64,000 bases of DNA from Escherichia coli. GTDB taxonomy: Bacteria; Pseudomonadota; Gammaproteobacteria; Enterobacterales; Enterobacteriaceae. Location of the stretch: assembly GCF_022846255.1 (NCBI RefSeq), contig NZ_AP025682.1; one strand, given 5' to 3'. The position numbers and the translations under genes were made by a program. The notes beneath the pieces were generated by a model. It worked only from the letters and a program-made list of their open reading frames with translations. It was not told the DNA's origin and made no database searches. Below, one piece after another: positions 10,751 through 22,442 of the stretch. Every line of letters begins with the position of its first letter. Within the stretch, counting starts at the first letter, position 1.

Positions 10751-12175
10751 TTAATGTTTAACCATGACGTGGCGGACGACGGTGTAATCCTCCAGCCCAT
10801 AAAGTGACATATCCTTGCCGTAACCAGAAAGTTTCTGCCCACCGTGCGGCATTTCACTTACCAGCATGAAATGGGTATTGACCCAGGTACAACCATATTG
10901 CAGCCGCGCGCTGACGCGATGCACCCTGCCCACATCTTTCGTCCATACCGAAGATGCAAGTCCGTACTGGCTGTCATTCGCCCAGTTCACCACCTGTTCT
11001 TCGTTGTCGAAGAGCGTAACACTCACTACCGGACCAAATACCTCTTTTTGCACGATGGCATCGTCCTGTAATGCGCCAGCCAGCAGCGTCGGCGCATAGT
11101 AATAGCCATTACCCTTGCGCTTTTCACCGCCAGTGATCACTTTGATGTGCCCTGTCGCTTTCGCCTCTTCTACCGCCTTGCTGACGCGTTCGAGATGCGC
11201 CAGCGAGCTTAAAGGTCCAAGCTCCGTAGACTCGTCATCCGGCGAACCCGATTTTAACGTTGCCACCGCAGCACCGAGTTTTTCCACCAGCGTATCGTAA
11301 ATGCCTTTTTGCGCGTAGATCCGACAAGCCGCAGTACAATCCTGTCCGGCATTGTAATAGCCAAAAGTACGTACACCTTCGACCACTGCTTCAATATCCG
11401 CATCATCAAAAACAATCACTGGCGCTTTGCCACCAAGTTCCATATGAGTACGCTTAATGGACGGCGCGGTATGGCTGATGATGTGTTCCCCAGTGGCGAT
11501 AGAACCCGTCAGCGACACCATCCGCACTTTGGGATGTCCGGTCAGCGGATCGCCCACCGTTTTGCCTCTGCCAAACAGCACGTTAATCACGCCAGCCGGG
11601 AAGATATCTTTCGCCAGCTCTGCCAACTTCAACGCGGTCAGCGGGGTAATTTCTGATGGTTTAAGCACTACGCAGTTCCCTGCCGCCAGCGCCGGAGCCA
11701 GTTTCCACGCAGCCATCATCAGCGGATAATTCCACGGTGCGATAGAAGCCACGACCCCCAACGGATCGCGACGGATCATCGAAGTATGACCTTCAAGATA
11801 TTCACCTGCCGCCAGACCATTCAGGCAGCGCGCCGCACCGGCGAAAAAGCGAAAGACATCGACAATCGCCGGAATTTCATCATTGAACGCGCGATGCAGC
11901 GGTTTGCCACAATTACGGGACTCCAGTTCGGCAAAAACCTGACCATTTTCTTCAATAACATCAGCCAGTTTCAGCAGGCATTCCGCACGCGCTTTTGGCG
12001 TGGTTTGCCCCCATTCGGCAAATGCTGCATCTGCCGCGCGAACAGCAGCATTGACCTGCTCTGCGGATGCCTCGGCAATCTCCAGTAAAACGTCCCCCGT
12101 TGCCGGATTATAGACAGGCTGTTTTTCCCCTTCGCCGCTAACCAGTTCTCCGTTAATCAGTAACTTATGTTGCAT
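10751..12175 (-). CDS. patD: gamma-aminobutyraldehyde dehydrogenase (474 aa)
   Basis: ORF track; aldehyde dehydrogenase family sequence with catalytic Cys region. Confidence 0.93.
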   Translation of the reverse strand: MQHKLLINGELVSGEGEKQPVYNPATGDVLLEIAEASAEQVNAAVRAADAAFAEWGQTTPKARAECLLKLADVIEENGQVFAELESRNCGKPLHRAFNDEIPAIVDVFRFFAGAARCLNGLAAGEYLEGHTSMIRRDPLGVVASIAPWNYPLMMAAWKLAPALAAGNCVVLKPSEITPLTALKLAELAKDIFPAGVINVLFGRGKTVGDPLTGHPKVRMVSLTGSIATGEHIISHTAPSIKRTHMELGGKAPVIVFDDADIEAVVEGVRTFGYYNAGQDCTAACRIYAQKGIYDTLVEKLGAAVATLKSGSPDDESTELGPLSSLAHLERVSKAVEEAKATGHIKVITGGEKRKGNGYYYAPTLLAGALQDDAIVQKEVFGPVVSVTLFDNEEQVVNWANDSQYGLASSVWTKDVGRVHRVSARLQYGCTWVNTHFMLVSEMPHGGQKLSGYGKDMSLYGLEDYTVVRHVMVKH

Positions 12176-12196
12176 AGCATATTCCTGTATCAGTGG

Positions 12197-12991
12197 TTAT
12201 TGACCATTGTCGCCTTCGCGGGTTAGCCACCAGGCCCCCAGGATCGGCAAGGTTGTTACCAACATAACCAGCAGTGCCACCACGTTGGTTACCGGGACAT
12301 CACGCGGTCGCCCAAGCTGATTGAGCAACCACAACGGTAACGTTCGTTCATGACCTGCCGTAAAAGTCGTCACGATGATTTCATCGAACGACAAGGCAAA
12401 CGCCAGCATTCCTCCAGCCAGTAACGCCGAACTGAGATTCGGCAACACTACGTAGCGGAAGGTTTGCCAGCCATTGGCCCCAAGATCCATTGACGCCTCA
12501 ACCAGACTCCACGAGGTGCGGCGAAAACGGGCGATGACATTGTTAAACACCACCACTACGCAAAAAGTCGCATGACCGACTACGATGGTGAAAAATCCCG
12601 GCTCCAGATTGATGGTTTTAAAAGCGGTTAATAGCGCCAGACCAGTGACAATGCCCGGCAGCGCAATGGGCAGCAGCAGTAACAACGAAATGGCGTTTTT
12701 ACCGAAAAAGTCTCGTCGCCACAGCGCGGCAGCGGCCAGCGTCCCTAACACCAGCGCGATTAATGTCGCCAGCGCCGCCACTTTAAGTGACAGTGTCACG
12801 GCATCAAGAATATCACTACGCTGTGCTGCCACGCTAAACCAGCGCAGCGTCAGGCCTTGCGGTGGAAAACTAAACGCCGCATCTTCAGTGTTAAACGCAT
12901 AAACGGCGATAATCAGAATGGGAAAATGTAAGAAAACCACGCCGCCCCAGGCCGCCAGTTTGAGGAAAAACGGTGCGCGTTCAGAGTGCAT
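12197..12991 (-). CDS. ydcV: ABC transporter permease YdcV (264 aa)
   Basis: ORF track; polyamine-type ABC permease; last gene before patD on the same strand. Confidence 0.9.
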   Translation of the reverse strand: MHSERAPFFLKLAAWGGVVFLHFPILIIAVYAFNTEDAAFSFPPQGLTLRWFSVAAQRSDILDAVTLSLKVAALATLIALVLGTLAAAALWRRDFFGKNAISLLLLLPIALPGIVTGLALLTAFKTINLEPGFFTIVVGHATFCVVVVFNNVIARFRRTSWSLVEASMDLGANGWQTFRYVVLPNLSSALLAGGMLAFALSFDEIIVTTFTAGHERTLPLWLLNQLGRPRDVPVTNVVALLVMLVTTLPILGAWWLTREGDNGQ

Positions 12992-13922
12992 CGAACGCTC
13001 CCAGACGTTTCACGAACGCCAGGTAAAGTGCGATGAGAACAATCGGCACCAGGGTGAATGCCGCCGCCATCGGCATATTGCCAATCGCCCCCTGCTGGGA
13101 ATAAACCATATTGCCGATAAAATATCCTGGAGGGCCAACCAGCTGCGGGACAATAAAATCGCCCAGCGTGAGTGAGAAGGTAAAGATAGAGCCAGCGGCA
13201 ATACCCGGGATTGCCAGCGGCAGCACCACATAGCGAAAGGTTTGTCGTGGACGTGCGCCAAGATCAGCCGACGCCTGCAACAATGACGGCGGCAAACGCT
13301 CAAGCGCCGCCTGCACCGGGAGGATCATGAACGGCAACCAGATATAGAGAAACACCAGAAAGCGCCCCAGCCCGGAAGTTGACAGCGTATTGCCGCCCAC
13401 CGCCGGTAGCGTGAGGAACGCAGTCAGCAGTGGTTCCAGCCCCAGATGTTGTAAAAACCACTGCGCCACGCCATCTTTTGCCAGCAATAACGTCCAGGCA
13501 TAGGCTTTAACAATGTAGCTCGCCCACATCGGCAACATTACCGCGATATAAAAAAACGCTTTCATTTTTCCGCTGGTATAGCGCGCCATATACCACGCCA
13601 TTGGAAAAGCCAGAATGGCGCTGGCGATAGTGACTGCCACAGCCATGGTCAGCGTGCGGAGAATGATGTCGTAATTCGCCGGATTAAACAGCGCACGGAT
13701 ATTCGCCAGCGTCAGTTCCGGCGTTACCGACATGGTGAAATCGTCAAAGGTATAAAAGCCCTGCCACAACAGCGTCAGCAGCGAGCCGAAATAGACAATG
13801 CCAAACCACATTAGCGGGCCAAGCAGCAGCAAAAACAGCCCCAGCCCCGGATTACGCCAGAAGAAACCGGACACCTTACCCAGACCTGGACGTGAAGGTG
13901 ATTGCAATACGTTCATCGCCAT
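12981..13922 (-). CDS. ydcU: ABC transporter permease YdcU (313 aa)
   Basis: ORF track; overlaps ydcV start, consistent with operon. Confidence 0.9.
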   Translation of the reverse strand: MAMNVLQSPSRPGLGKVSGFFWRNPGLGLFLLLLGPLMWFGIVYFGSLLTLLWQGFYTFDDFTMSVTPELTLANIRALFNPANYDIILRTLTMAVAVTIASAILAFPMAWYMARYTSGKMKAFFYIAVMLPMWASYIVKAYAWTLLLAKDGVAQWFLQHLGLEPLLTAFLTLPAVGGNTLSTSGLGRFLVFLYIWLPFMILPVQAALERLPPSLLQASADLGARPRQTFRYVVLPLAIPGIAAGSIFTFSLTLGDFIVPQLVGPPGYFIGNMVYSQQGAIGNMPMAAAFTLVPIVLIALYLAFVKRLGAFDAL

Positions 13923-14936
13923 TCACCTCTCCTCAACCAGCGCCACCATCACATCACGCGACCAGGAAACCATCACCTGTTGTCCGGGCGTGAGCGTGGC
14001 AGGCAGTTCTTCGCCTGTCATATTGGCCTGACTCACCAGCAGTTTTTCACCGCCGCTCAGTGTCAGTTCAAAACGAGTTGCCGCGCCCTGATACTGCACC
14101 GCCTGGATCGTGCCATTAGCCTGCATTTCGCCAGGGGTGTTGAGGCGGATATGTTCCGGTCGTAGTGCGAAGCTTCCCGTCATGCCACAAAGTTTCTCTG
14201 CCATCAGTCCATCAAAAACATTCGATGTCCCAACGAATCCCGCAACAAACGGCGTGCGCGGGCGCATATAGAGATCGCGCGGAGAATCGACCTGTTCAAT
14301 GCGTCCATTATTGAAAACCGCCACCCGATCGGACATCGATAACGCTTCGCCCTGATCGTGGGTAACGAAGATAAAAGTGATACCGAGAGACTGTTGCAGC
14401 TTTTTCAGCTCAAGCTGCATTTGCTCTCGCAATTTGAGATCCAGCGCGCCGAGCGGTTCATCCAGCAACAACACACGCGGTTCGTTCACCAGTGCTCTGG
14501 CGATGGCGACTCGCTGGCGCTGACCACCAGAAAGTTGTGACGGTTTACGTTGCTGTACAAACCCCAACGCCACTTTCTCAAGCGCCTCTTGCGCCATTGC
14601 ATGCCGCTGCTTTTTATTCACGCCTTTGACCATCAGCCCGTAGGCTACGTTGTCAAGAATCGACATATGCGGAAATAGCGCGTAGTCCTGGAAGACAGTA
14701 TTCACGTCCCGCTCCCACGGTGGCAGATTGCTGGCGGGCGTACCAAAAATAGAGATAGCCCCGCCGGAAAGCTGTTCGAATCCAGCAATCAGGCGCAGGC
14801 AAGTGGTTTTGCCGGAGCCGGACGGCCCCAGCATAGAGAAGAACTCACCATCTTTTATCGCAATACTGACGCCATCTACTGCGCGCACGTCACCGTACAA
14901 CCGTGAGACGTTGTCAAACTCCACTGCGTACGTCAT
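13923..14936 (-). CDS. ydcT: ABC transporter ATP-binding protein YdcT (337 aa)
   Basis: ORF track; Walker A GPSGSGKTT and ABC signature LSGGQRQR. Confidence 0.93.
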   Translation of the reverse strand: MTYAVEFDNVSRLYGDVRAVDGVSIAIKDGEFFSMLGPSGSGKTTCLRLIAGFEQLSGGAISIFGTPASNLPPWERDVNTVFQDYALFPHMSILDNVAYGLMVKGVNKKQRHAMAQEALEKVALGFVQQRKPSQLSGGQRQRVAIARALVNEPRVLLLDEPLGALDLKLREQMQLELKKLQQSLGITFIFVTHDQGEALSMSDRVAVFNNGRIEQVDSPRDLYMRPRTPFVAGFVGTSNVFDGLMAEKLCGMTGSFALRPEHIRLNTPGEMQANGTIQAVQYQGAATRFELTLSGGEKLLVSQANMTGEELPATLTPGQQVMVSWSRDVMVALVEER

Positions 14937-14953
14937 AAAACACCCCAGCGAAG

Positions 14954-16099
14954 TTAGCGACCGCCCATAATGGCAATGTAATCCTGCGTCCAGCGACTGT
15001 AGGGAACAAACTTGCCCCCTTCTGCTATAGGCGTTTTCCAGAAGGCGATTTTATCGAAATAGTTAAAACCGTTTGTTTCACAACCTTTCTCGCCTAATAA
15101 CGGACTGGCTTTACACCCTTGCGGCACTACTGGTAACGAGCCAAACCAGGCCGCCACATCGCCCTGCACTTTTGGGGTTAATGACCAGTTCATCCATTTG
15201 TAGGCGCAAACCGGATGTTTCGCTTCGCTATGTAGCATGGTGGTGTCAGCCCAACCGGTAACGCCCTCCTTCGGGAAAACGGTAGCGACAGGCTGGCCTT
15301 CGGCTTTCAGGGCGTTGGCCTGATAGGGCCATGCACTGGAAGCCACCACACCCTCGTTTTTGAAATCGCTCATTTGCACGGTAGTGTCATGCCAGTAGCG
15401 ATGGATCAAATTATGTTGATCGCGCAGCACTTTCAGCACCGCCTGATACTGTTCTTCGGTGAGTTGATACGGATCACTGATGCCCAACTGTGGCTGCGTG
15501 GCTTTGACGAACAACGCGGCATCCGCAATGTAGATAGGGCCATCATAAGCCTGTACCCGGCCTTTATTGCTCTTGCCGTCCGGCAGATTCTGCTCAACAA
15601 AAACCACTTGCCAGCTATCCGGCGGCGTCGGGAAGGTTTTAGTGTTGTACATCAGCAGGTTCGGCCCCCATTGGTAAGGTGTGCCGTAAACTTTGCCACC
15701 AACGTTAAACCAGTCGCCTTTAACCACGCGCGGATCGAGCGCTTTCCAGTTGGGAATCAAGGCGGTATTAATTGGCTGCACGCGTTTGCCCATAATCAAA
15801 CGCAGCGAGGCATCGCCGGATGCCGTAACCAGATCGTAACCCCCTTTGGCCATCAGACTGACCATTTCATCGGAAGTCGCGGCGGTTTTAACATTCACCG
15901 CGCAGCCTGTCTCTTTTTCGAATTGCGTTACCCAGTCGTACTGTTTATCAGTTTGTCCGCGTTCGATGTATCCCGGCCAGGCGATAATATCCAGTCGCCC
16001 TTCCGGATTCTCTAAATTGGTAGGCGGTTCGGCGGCGTGAGCGGTCATTATTGTCATGCTGAGCGCACACAGGCTGCTGCGGGCAAATGTCTTGCTCAT
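14954..16099 (-). CDS. ydcS: periplasmic substrate-binding protein YdcS (381 aa)
   Basis: ORF track; signal peptide then PotD/PotF-like binding protein. Confidence 0.9.
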   Translation of the reverse strand: MSKTFARSSLCALSMTIMTAHAAEPPTNLENPEGRLDIIAWPGYIERGQTDKQYDWVTQFEKETGCAVNVKTAATSDEMVSLMAKGGYDLVTASGDASLRLIMGKRVQPINTALIPNWKALDPRVVKGDWFNVGGKVYGTPYQWGPNLLMYNTKTFPTPPDSWQVVFVEQNLPDGKSNKGRVQAYDGPIYIADAALFVKATQPQLGISDPYQLTEEQYQAVLKVLRDQHNLIHRYWHDTTVQMSDFKNEGVVASSAWPYQANALKAEGQPVATVFPKEGVTGWADTTMLHSEAKHPVCAYKWMNWSLTPKVQGDVAAWFGSLPVVPQGCKASPLLGEKGCETNGFNYFDKIAFWKTPIAEGGKFVPYSRWTQDYIAIMGGR

Positions 16100-16343
16100 A
16101 AGGTCTTACTCCTGTCGTAATTAATTGTTCAGCCGCCGTGCCGTAAAAATATCTCCTTGTTTAACCATAGACGGCGGCTTGCAGGCACACCTTCGGCCCT
16201 GAGAAAATTTAATCAGGTTGTGAGCTACCGCGCATTATGCCGTCTGTAAGGTTATCTTCTGGAGTATAGACAAGGAGTTAGGATATATGACTGCTATTCG
16301 AAATTCATATTACCCAACCTGAGAGGAATTAAATTAAACGCTA

Positions 16344-17750
16344 TTACAGCCGTTCTTGAATAAGTTTGCCTAATTGTTTTACCGCCTGTTCTTCACGTTC
16401 TCCCCACTGCCACGCGGTATTAAAACGAAAAAAACGTGACCAGTTTTCACCGGTAGAAAACATATTACCCGGCGCAATACTGATATGATGCGTCAGTGCC
16501 ACCAGGCTTAATTCTCCTGCATCTAACGGCTCGGGGAGCTCCAGCCAGAGAAAATAACCGCTGTCATTGTGATGAATTTTGACTTCCGCAGGCAGATAAC
16601 GCAGCAAAGCCTGCCAGGCGCGTTGTTTACGTTCCGCAAGCTGGCGACGCAGGCGACGAAGATGAGCATCGTATCGGCGAGTAGAAAGGTAATCCACCAG
16701 CGCAAGCTGCATCGGTGAGCTGGTGGAAAGCGTACTCATCAACTGCAAGCGTTGAATTTTACGTGCATGTTTTCCGGCGGCGACCCAACCAATACGAAAA
16801 CCAGGCACCAGACATTTCGAAAACGAAGAGCAATGCAAAACACCATCGTGGCGATCCCACGCTTTCGCAGGCAGCGGTTTTTCCCGTCCAAAATAAAGTT
16901 CGCTATAAACGTCATCTTCAATCAGCGTTACGTTGTACTGATTGAGCAACGCTACCAGCCGCACTTTTTTCTGCGGCGTTAAGGTAAATCCAAGTGGGTT
17001 CTGGCTATTAGTCATCAGCCAGCACGCTTTCACCGGATACTCCTGCAACGCCAGTTCCAGCGCCTGAAGATCGATCCCTTCTTTAATATCCGTCGCTACC
17101 GATAACGCCTTCAGCCGTAACCGCTCCAGCGCCTGCAACGCGCCGTAGAAACAAGGATTCTCTACTATCACCCAATCGCCCGGTTCAGTGACCGCTTGCA
17201 AACTGAGGTTTAATGCCTCTAACGCCCCGGCGGTAATGACAATTTCATCAGGAGAAATGGTGATGCCCTGTAAGGCATAGCGACGAGCAATAGCCTGACG
17301 CAGTTCTACGTTTCCTGGCGGTAAGTTTTCAATCACGCTCATCGCCGTGGCGGTTTTGCTTACCTGCGCCAGCGAGCGGTTTAGTTGTTGGAGGGGGAAA
17401 AGTCGCGGGTCGGGAAAGGCCGAGGCAAACGGAACTACCGACGGATCACGACTGGCCTGCAACATATCAAAAATATAGGTGTTGATATCGACTGCTTCAT
17501 CTCGTGTGACTGGAATGACTGTCGCTTTCGGCATTTTTATTGCCTGTGGCGCAACGTAATAACCCGATTGCGGTCGCGCGATAATATATCCCTGACTTTC
17601 GAGCAACTGATAGGCATGGCTGACAGTCATAAAGCTCATGCCAGAAAGCGCCACCTGGTCACGCAACGAAGGCAAACGATCGCCGGGTTGCCAGATACCC
17701 GACGCAATCTGCTCGCGTAATTGTTCTGCAAGCTGCTGGTATTTTTTCAT
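16344..17750 (-). CDS. ydcR: MocR-family (GntR HTH plus aminotransferase-like domain) transcriptional regulator YdcR (468 aa)
   Basis: ORF track; N-terminal GntR HTH and C-terminal fold-type I PLP domain. Confidence 0.9.
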   Translation of the reverse strand: MKKYQQLAEQLREQIASGIWQPGDRLPSLRDQVALSGMSFMTVSHAYQLLESQGYIIARPQSGYYVAPQAIKMPKATVIPVTRDEAVDINTYIFDMLQASRDPSVVPFASAFPDPRLFPLQQLNRSLAQVSKTATAMSVIENLPPGNVELRQAIARRYALQGITISPDEIVITAGALEALNLSLQAVTEPGDWVIVENPCFYGALQALERLRLKALSVATDIKEGIDLQALELALQEYPVKACWLMTNSQNPLGFTLTPQKKVRLVALLNQYNVTLIEDDVYSELYFGREKPLPAKAWDRHDGVLHCSSFSKCLVPGFRIGWVAAGKHARKIQRLQLMSTLSTSSPMQLALVDYLSTRRYDAHLRRLRRQLAERKQRAWQALLRYLPAEVKIHHNDSGYFLWLELPEPLDAGELSLVALTHHISIAPGNMFSTGENWSRFFRFNTAWQWGEREEQAVKQLGKLIQERL

Positions 17751-17828
17751 TATCGAATCGTAATTATGTGCAGATGATTCGGCAGTCTATATCAGTTGTT
17801 AAAAATGACAACTTTTCATTAACTGTAA

Positions 17829-18068
<240 letters not shown>

Positions 18069-18243
18069 TTACCTCCGTGTGTAATGTGCTCGAAAATAGC
18101 ACTAAATCGCCGCAACGGCAGAATGCAATGCAAAATCAGGAAGGAAGATTCCAGAATTTCTTTGCTCTAATTTGCAAAACTGAATAATAACCTCAAGAAA
18201 CGATCGGCATCATAGCGGCAAAAGGTTAGAAAAAGGTGGCGGG

Positions 18244-18474
18244 ATGTTTTCGAAGGCGTTATCGGTTGTCTTATTAACGTGTGCACTGTTCTCAGGACAA
18301 CTCATGGCAGGGCACAAAGGACATGAATTTATGTGGGTAAAGAATGTGGATCATCAGCTGCGTCATGAAGCGGACAGCGATGAATTGCGTGCTGTGGCGG
18401 AAGAGTCGGCGGAAGGTTTGCGCGAGCATTTTTACTGGCAAAAATCGCGCAAACCAGAAGCGGGACAGCGTTGA
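18244..18474 (+). CDS. yncJ: YncJ (DUF2554), secreted 76-aa protein
   Basis: ORF track; signal peptide MFSKALSVVLLTCALFSGQLMA. Confidence 0.88.
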   Translation: MFSKALSVVLLTCALFSGQLMAGHKGHEFMWVKNVDHQLRHEADSDELRAVAEESAEGLREHFYWQKSRKPEAGQR

Positions 18475-18484
18475 GTCGTGTGTT

Positions 18485-18515
18485 GCCGGATGCGGCGTGA
18501 CACCTTACCCGGCAG
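18485..18515. repeat. REP element
   Basis: GCCGGATGCGGCGTGACACCTTACCCGGCA in the yncJ/rlhA convergent intergenic region. Confidence 0.6.
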
Positions 18516-18565
18516 GCAATATCATGCAGATTTGATGAGTGGTGAGTAACCCGAAAACTGGCGTT

Positions 18566-20527
18566 TTACCCTTTTCGCTTCGGCAATGTTTTCAGCAGAT
18601 CATCCGGACTTACGGATGCCACTACGCTTCCCGGTAACGGCATTTTCAGTATGTGATTTTTGATTTTGCCAATGACGTGCATCTCGCATGGGCGGCAATC
18701 AAACTTTAGCGTTAATACTTCATCGCCGTTAACCAGTTGCATTGGCGTCGCCTTCCAGCTTTTGATATTGCCTTTCGCCTGTTTCGGGCACAGATTGAAG
18801 GCAAAGCGCAGACAATGCTTGGTGATCATCACCGGGACTTCGCCCTTCTCTTCATGTGCCTCATACGCCGCGTCAATCAGTTGCACACCATAGCGATGAT
18901 AAAATTCACGCGCTTTCTGGTTGTATACGTTCGCGAGGAAACTCAGATGCGTTTGCGGATAAACCGGCGCAGGATCAGCAACCGGTTTACGGCTGCCGCG
19001 CTGGTAACTGGCAAGACGCGCAGCATCAAGCATATCGGCGGCTTCACGGCGGAACTGGTTTAACAGACTGTTTGGTACAAACAGCGCCCCCGGCAAATTA
19101 ATTTGCACATTGCGGGCGTAATAGATGGTTTGCCCCAGTTTTGCCAGACCATCCTTCAGATTGTTCATTGCTTTTTCGGCGTTATTGGCTTCGTCGAACT
19201 GCCCGTCCAGCGTATGTGTGATGCTGACACCCTCTTCACTGGTGAGGGTCAGAATCAGTTGTTCCTGCCAGCCGCCCAGTTCAATGTCTACCGCCACCCG
19301 GCGTTCGCTGGAGGTTTTTGTCAGTGCCTGCTGCCAGTTATGATCAAGATTTCGGTTTAGTGGGTGATGCGGGCGAATTTTGTGCAAATCTGCTGGCATT
19401 TCATTGGGCCAGACGCGGTACTGATTTTCTCCGGTTTTCTCTACCGTATTAGCACGAAAACCGACGACTTCACGTTTAATCATCACGTTCAGGCCATCGC
19501 CATTTGCCAGTGGCTCGGTAACGGCAACATCAATATGATCTTTCGCTACTTTCAATACTTCGCCCACCGGCAGGCCGATAAATTTCGGCGAATCGAACGC
19601 GCCAATATCGCCTTTACGGGCATTCACAAAATAATCTGTGCTACCACGGTGGAAAGTCTTTTCCGTCGATGGAACAAAGAAATGTTCAGTACGACCTGAT
19701 GAAGCGCGCGCCAGATCGCCACGTTCTTCAATAATGGCATCCAGCATCTGACGATAATGGGCGGTGATATTCTTCACGTAGCTCATATCTTTGTAACGCC
19801 CTTCAATCTTGAAGGAGCGTACGCCAGCATCAATCAGCGCGCCGAGGTTGGCAGTCTGATCGTTATCTTTCATCGACAGCAGATGTTTTTCATAGGAAAC
19901 CACCCGCCCCTGATCGTCTTTCAATGTGTATGGCAAACGGCACGCCTGCGAGCAATCGCCACGGTTGGCGCTACGCCCTGTTTGCGCATGAGAAATGTAG
20001 CACTGACCCGAATAGGCCACGCACAATGCGCCATGAATAAAGAATTCAATGGTCGCGTCCGTGGCCTGGTGAATCGCGCGGATCTGCTCAAGATTCAGCT
20101 CTCGCGCCAGCACAATCTGCGTGAAGCCAACATCAGAGAGGAACTTCGCTTTTTCTACTGTACGAATATCGCACTGCGTACTGGCGTGCAGTTCAATCGG
20201 CGGAATATCAAGTTCCAGAATCCCCATATCCTGAACAATCAGCGCATCGACACCGATCTGGTAGAGGTCAGTAATCAGCCGTTGCGCGGGTTCCAGCTCA
20301 TCATCATGCAAAATGGTGTTAAGCGTGACGAAAATTTTTGCACCATAACGATGGGCAAACGGCACCAACTCGGCAATATCTTTCAGGCTATTACTGGCAT
20401 TATGACGGGCACCAAAACCAGGGCCGCCGATATAAACAGCATCGGCACCGTGCAAAATAGCTTCGCGGGCAATGGCGGCATCGCGTGCCGGGCTTAACAG
20501 TTCAAGACGATGAGAAGATACGGTCAC
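18566..20527 (-). CDS. rlhA: peptidase U32-family protein RlhA/YdcP (653 aa, GTG start)
   Basis: ORF track 18566..20569; U32 peptidase signature; start inferred at the in-frame GTG 14 codons in (MTVSSHRLELLSPARD). Confidence 0.85.
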   Translation of the reverse strand: MTVSSHRLELLSPARDAAIAREAILHGADAVYIGGPGFGARHNASNSLKDIAELVPFAHRYGAKIFVTLNTILHDDELEPAQRLITDLYQIGVDALIVQDMGILELDIPPIELHASTQCDIRTVEKAKFLSDVGFTQIVLARELNLEQIRAIHQATDATIEFFIHGALCVAYSGQCYISHAQTGRSANRGDCSQACRLPYTLKDDQGRVVSYEKHLLSMKDNDQTANLGALIDAGVRSFKIEGRYKDMSYVKNITAHYRQMLDAIIEERGDLARASSGRTEHFFVPSTEKTFHRGSTDYFVNARKGDIGAFDSPKFIGLPVGEVLKVAKDHIDVAVTEPLANGDGLNVMIKREVVGFRANTVEKTGENQYRVWPNEMPADLHKIRPHHPLNRNLDHNWQQALTKTSSERRVAVDIELGGWQEQLILTLTSEEGVSITHTLDGQFDEANNAEKAMNNLKDGLAKLGQTIYYARNVQINLPGALFVPNSLLNQFRREAADMLDAARLASYQRGSRKPVADPAPVYPQTHLSFLANVYNQKAREFYHRYGVQLIDAAYEAHEEKGEVPVMITKHCLRFAFNLCPKQAKGNIKSWKATPMQLVNGDEVLTLKFDCRPCEMHVIGKIKNHILKMPLPGSVVASVSPDDLLKTLPKRKG

Positions 20528-20599
20528 TTTCTTATCCAGTAGCTGAAAAATGGCGGCTATTTTAGCCACAAGCGCGACGTTGCGAAATAGTTTTCCCGC

Positions 20600-21136
20600 T
20601 TAACTGCGCGGGTAATGGATGAGGGAATGAAAATGTACGGTTTGCTCCCCACCATTACGATAGACATGCGTGACGTCTGCAGCAAATCGAACGCCTTCCC
20701 CACAATTAAGGCTCTGCCATTCACCATCAACACACAGATCAAGTTGTCCATCAATGACGACGACATGTTCGATTACCCCCTTTTCATGGGGCGTCGATTC
20801 GCTTATTGCACCGGGTGCCATCTGAATCGAGAAGTGTTCAAAGCAGAGTTGTGGATCATAAGGAAACAGCGAAGTGATCACCATCGCCTGCCGTTGTGGA
20901 TCATAAACTGAAGGCGTAGAGGACTGCGGCGGAGAAATAAATGTTGAAAATGGCACGTTCAACCCGGTGGCAATTTTCCATAATGTCGCGACCGTCGGGC
21001 TGGATTCATTACGCTCAATCTGCCCTAACATCGCTTTAGAAACGCCCGTCGCTTCTGCCAGTCGCGAAAGACTCCAGCCGCGCTGCTGACGTAGTTGTTT
21101 AAGTGTGGTGGATAAAAAGCGAGCGAGATTTTCCAT
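20600..21136 (-). CDS. sutR: XRE-HTH plus cupin transcriptional regulator SutR/YdcN (178 aa)
   Basis: ORF track; N-terminal HTH (LRQQRGWSLSRLAEATGVSKAMLGQIER) with C-terminal cupin. Confidence 0.9.
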   Translation of the reverse strand: MENLARFLSTTLKQLRQQRGWSLSRLAEATGVSKAMLGQIERNESSPTVATLWKIATGLNVPFSTFISPPQSSTPSVYDPQRQAMVITSLFPYDPQLCFEHFSIQMAPGAISESTPHEKGVIEHVVVIDGQLDLCVDGEWQSLNCGEGVRFAADVTHVYRNGGEQTVHFHSLIHYPRS

Positions 21137-21227
21137 GCGACTCCTCCGGCAAAACGGAAGTTTATCACTTGTGCGTTATAACGGACAAATGCTACGGTAC
21201 CTGTACGTTATAACGCACGAGGTGACT

Positions 21228-22403
21228 ATGCGTCTGTTTTCTATTCCTCCACCCACGCTACTGGCGGGGTTTCTGGCGGTATTAATTGGCTACGCCAGTT
21301 CAGCGGCAATAATCTGGCAAGCAGCGATTGTCGCCGGAGCCACCACTGCACAAATCTCTGGCTGGATGACGGCGCTGGGGCTGGCAATGGGCGTCAGTAC
21401 GCTGACTCTGACATTATGGTATCGCGTACCTGTTCTCACCGCATGGTCAACGCCTGGCGCGGCTTTGTTGGTCACCGGATTACAGGGACTAACACTTAAC
21501 GAAGCCATCGGCGTTTTTATTGTCACCAACGTGTTAATAGTCCTCTGCGGCATAACGGGACTCTTTGCTCGTCTGATGCGCATTATTCCGCACTCGCTTG
21601 CGGCGGCAATGCTTGCCGGGATTTTATTACGTTTTGGTTTACAGGCGTTTGCCAGTCTGGATGGTCAATTTACGTTGTGTGGCAGTATGTTGCTGGTATG
21701 GCTGGCAACCAGGGCCGTTGCGCCGCGCTATGCGGTAATTGCCGCGATGATTATTGGGATCGTGATCGTTATCGCGCAAGGTGACGTTGTCACAACTGAT
21801 GTTGTCTTTAAACCCGTTCTCCCCACTTATATTCCCCCTGATTTTTCGTTTGCTCACAGTCTGAGCGTTGCACTCCCCCTTTTTCTGGTGACGATGGCAT
21901 CGCAAAACGCACCGGGTATCGCAGCAATGAAAGCAGCCGGATATTCGGCTCCTGTTTCGCCATTAATTATATTTACTGGATTGCTGGCACTGGTTTTTTC
22001 CCCTTTCGGCGTTTATTCCGTCGGTATTGCGGCAATCACCGCGGCTATTTGCCAAAGCCCGGAAGCGCATCCGGATAAAGATCAACGTTGGCTGGCAGCT
22101 GCCGTTGCAGGCATTTTCTATTTGCTCGCAGGTCTGTTTGGTAGTGCCATTACCGGGATGATGGCTGCCCTGCCCGTAAGTTGGATCCAGATGCTGGCAG
22201 GTCTGGCGCTGTTGAGTACCATTGGCGGCAGTTTGTATCAGGCGCTGCATAATGAGCGTGAGCGCGACGCGGCGGTGGTGGCATTTCTGGTAACGGCAAG
22301 TGGATTGACGCTGGCCGGGATTGGTTCTGCGTTTTGGGGATTAATTGCCGGAGGCGTTTGTTACGTGGTGTTGAATTTAATCGCTGACAGAAACCGATAT
22401 TGA
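21228..22403 (+). CDS. ydcO: BenE-family inner membrane transporter YdcO (391 aa)
   Basis: ORF track 21105..22403; start placed at MRLFSIPPPTLLAG (ATG 21228) with GAGGTG RBS. Confidence 0.88.
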   Translation: MRLFSIPPPTLLAGFLAVLIGYASSAAIIWQAAIVAGATTAQISGWMTALGLAMGVSTLTLTLWYRVPVLTAWSTPGAALLVTGLQGLTLNEAIGVFIVTNVLIVLCGITGLFARLMRIIPHSLAAAMLAGILLRFGLQAFASLDGQFTLCGSMLLVWLATRAVAPRYAVIAAMIIGIVIVIAQGDVVTTDVVFKPVLPTYIPPDFSFAHSLSVALPLFLVTMASQNAPGIAAMKAAGYSAPVSPLIIFTGLLALVFSPFGVYSVGIAAITAAICQSPEAHPDKDQRWLAAAVAGIFYLLAGLFGSAITGMMAALPVSWIQMLAGLALLSTIGGSLYQALHNERERDAAVVAFLVTASGLTLAGIGSAFWGLIAGGVCYVVLNLIADRNRY

Positions 22404-22442
22404 CATCCTCCACGCCCTGAAGGACGTGGATCCCTGCTACGT

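Noticed and set aside
16287-16322. 11-codon ORF (MTAIRNSYYPT) with AAGGAG SD in the ydcR/ydcS intergenic region
   Set aside because: Too short to assess and on the strand opposite both flanking genes; SD-ATG pairs of this kind occur by chance at this scale.
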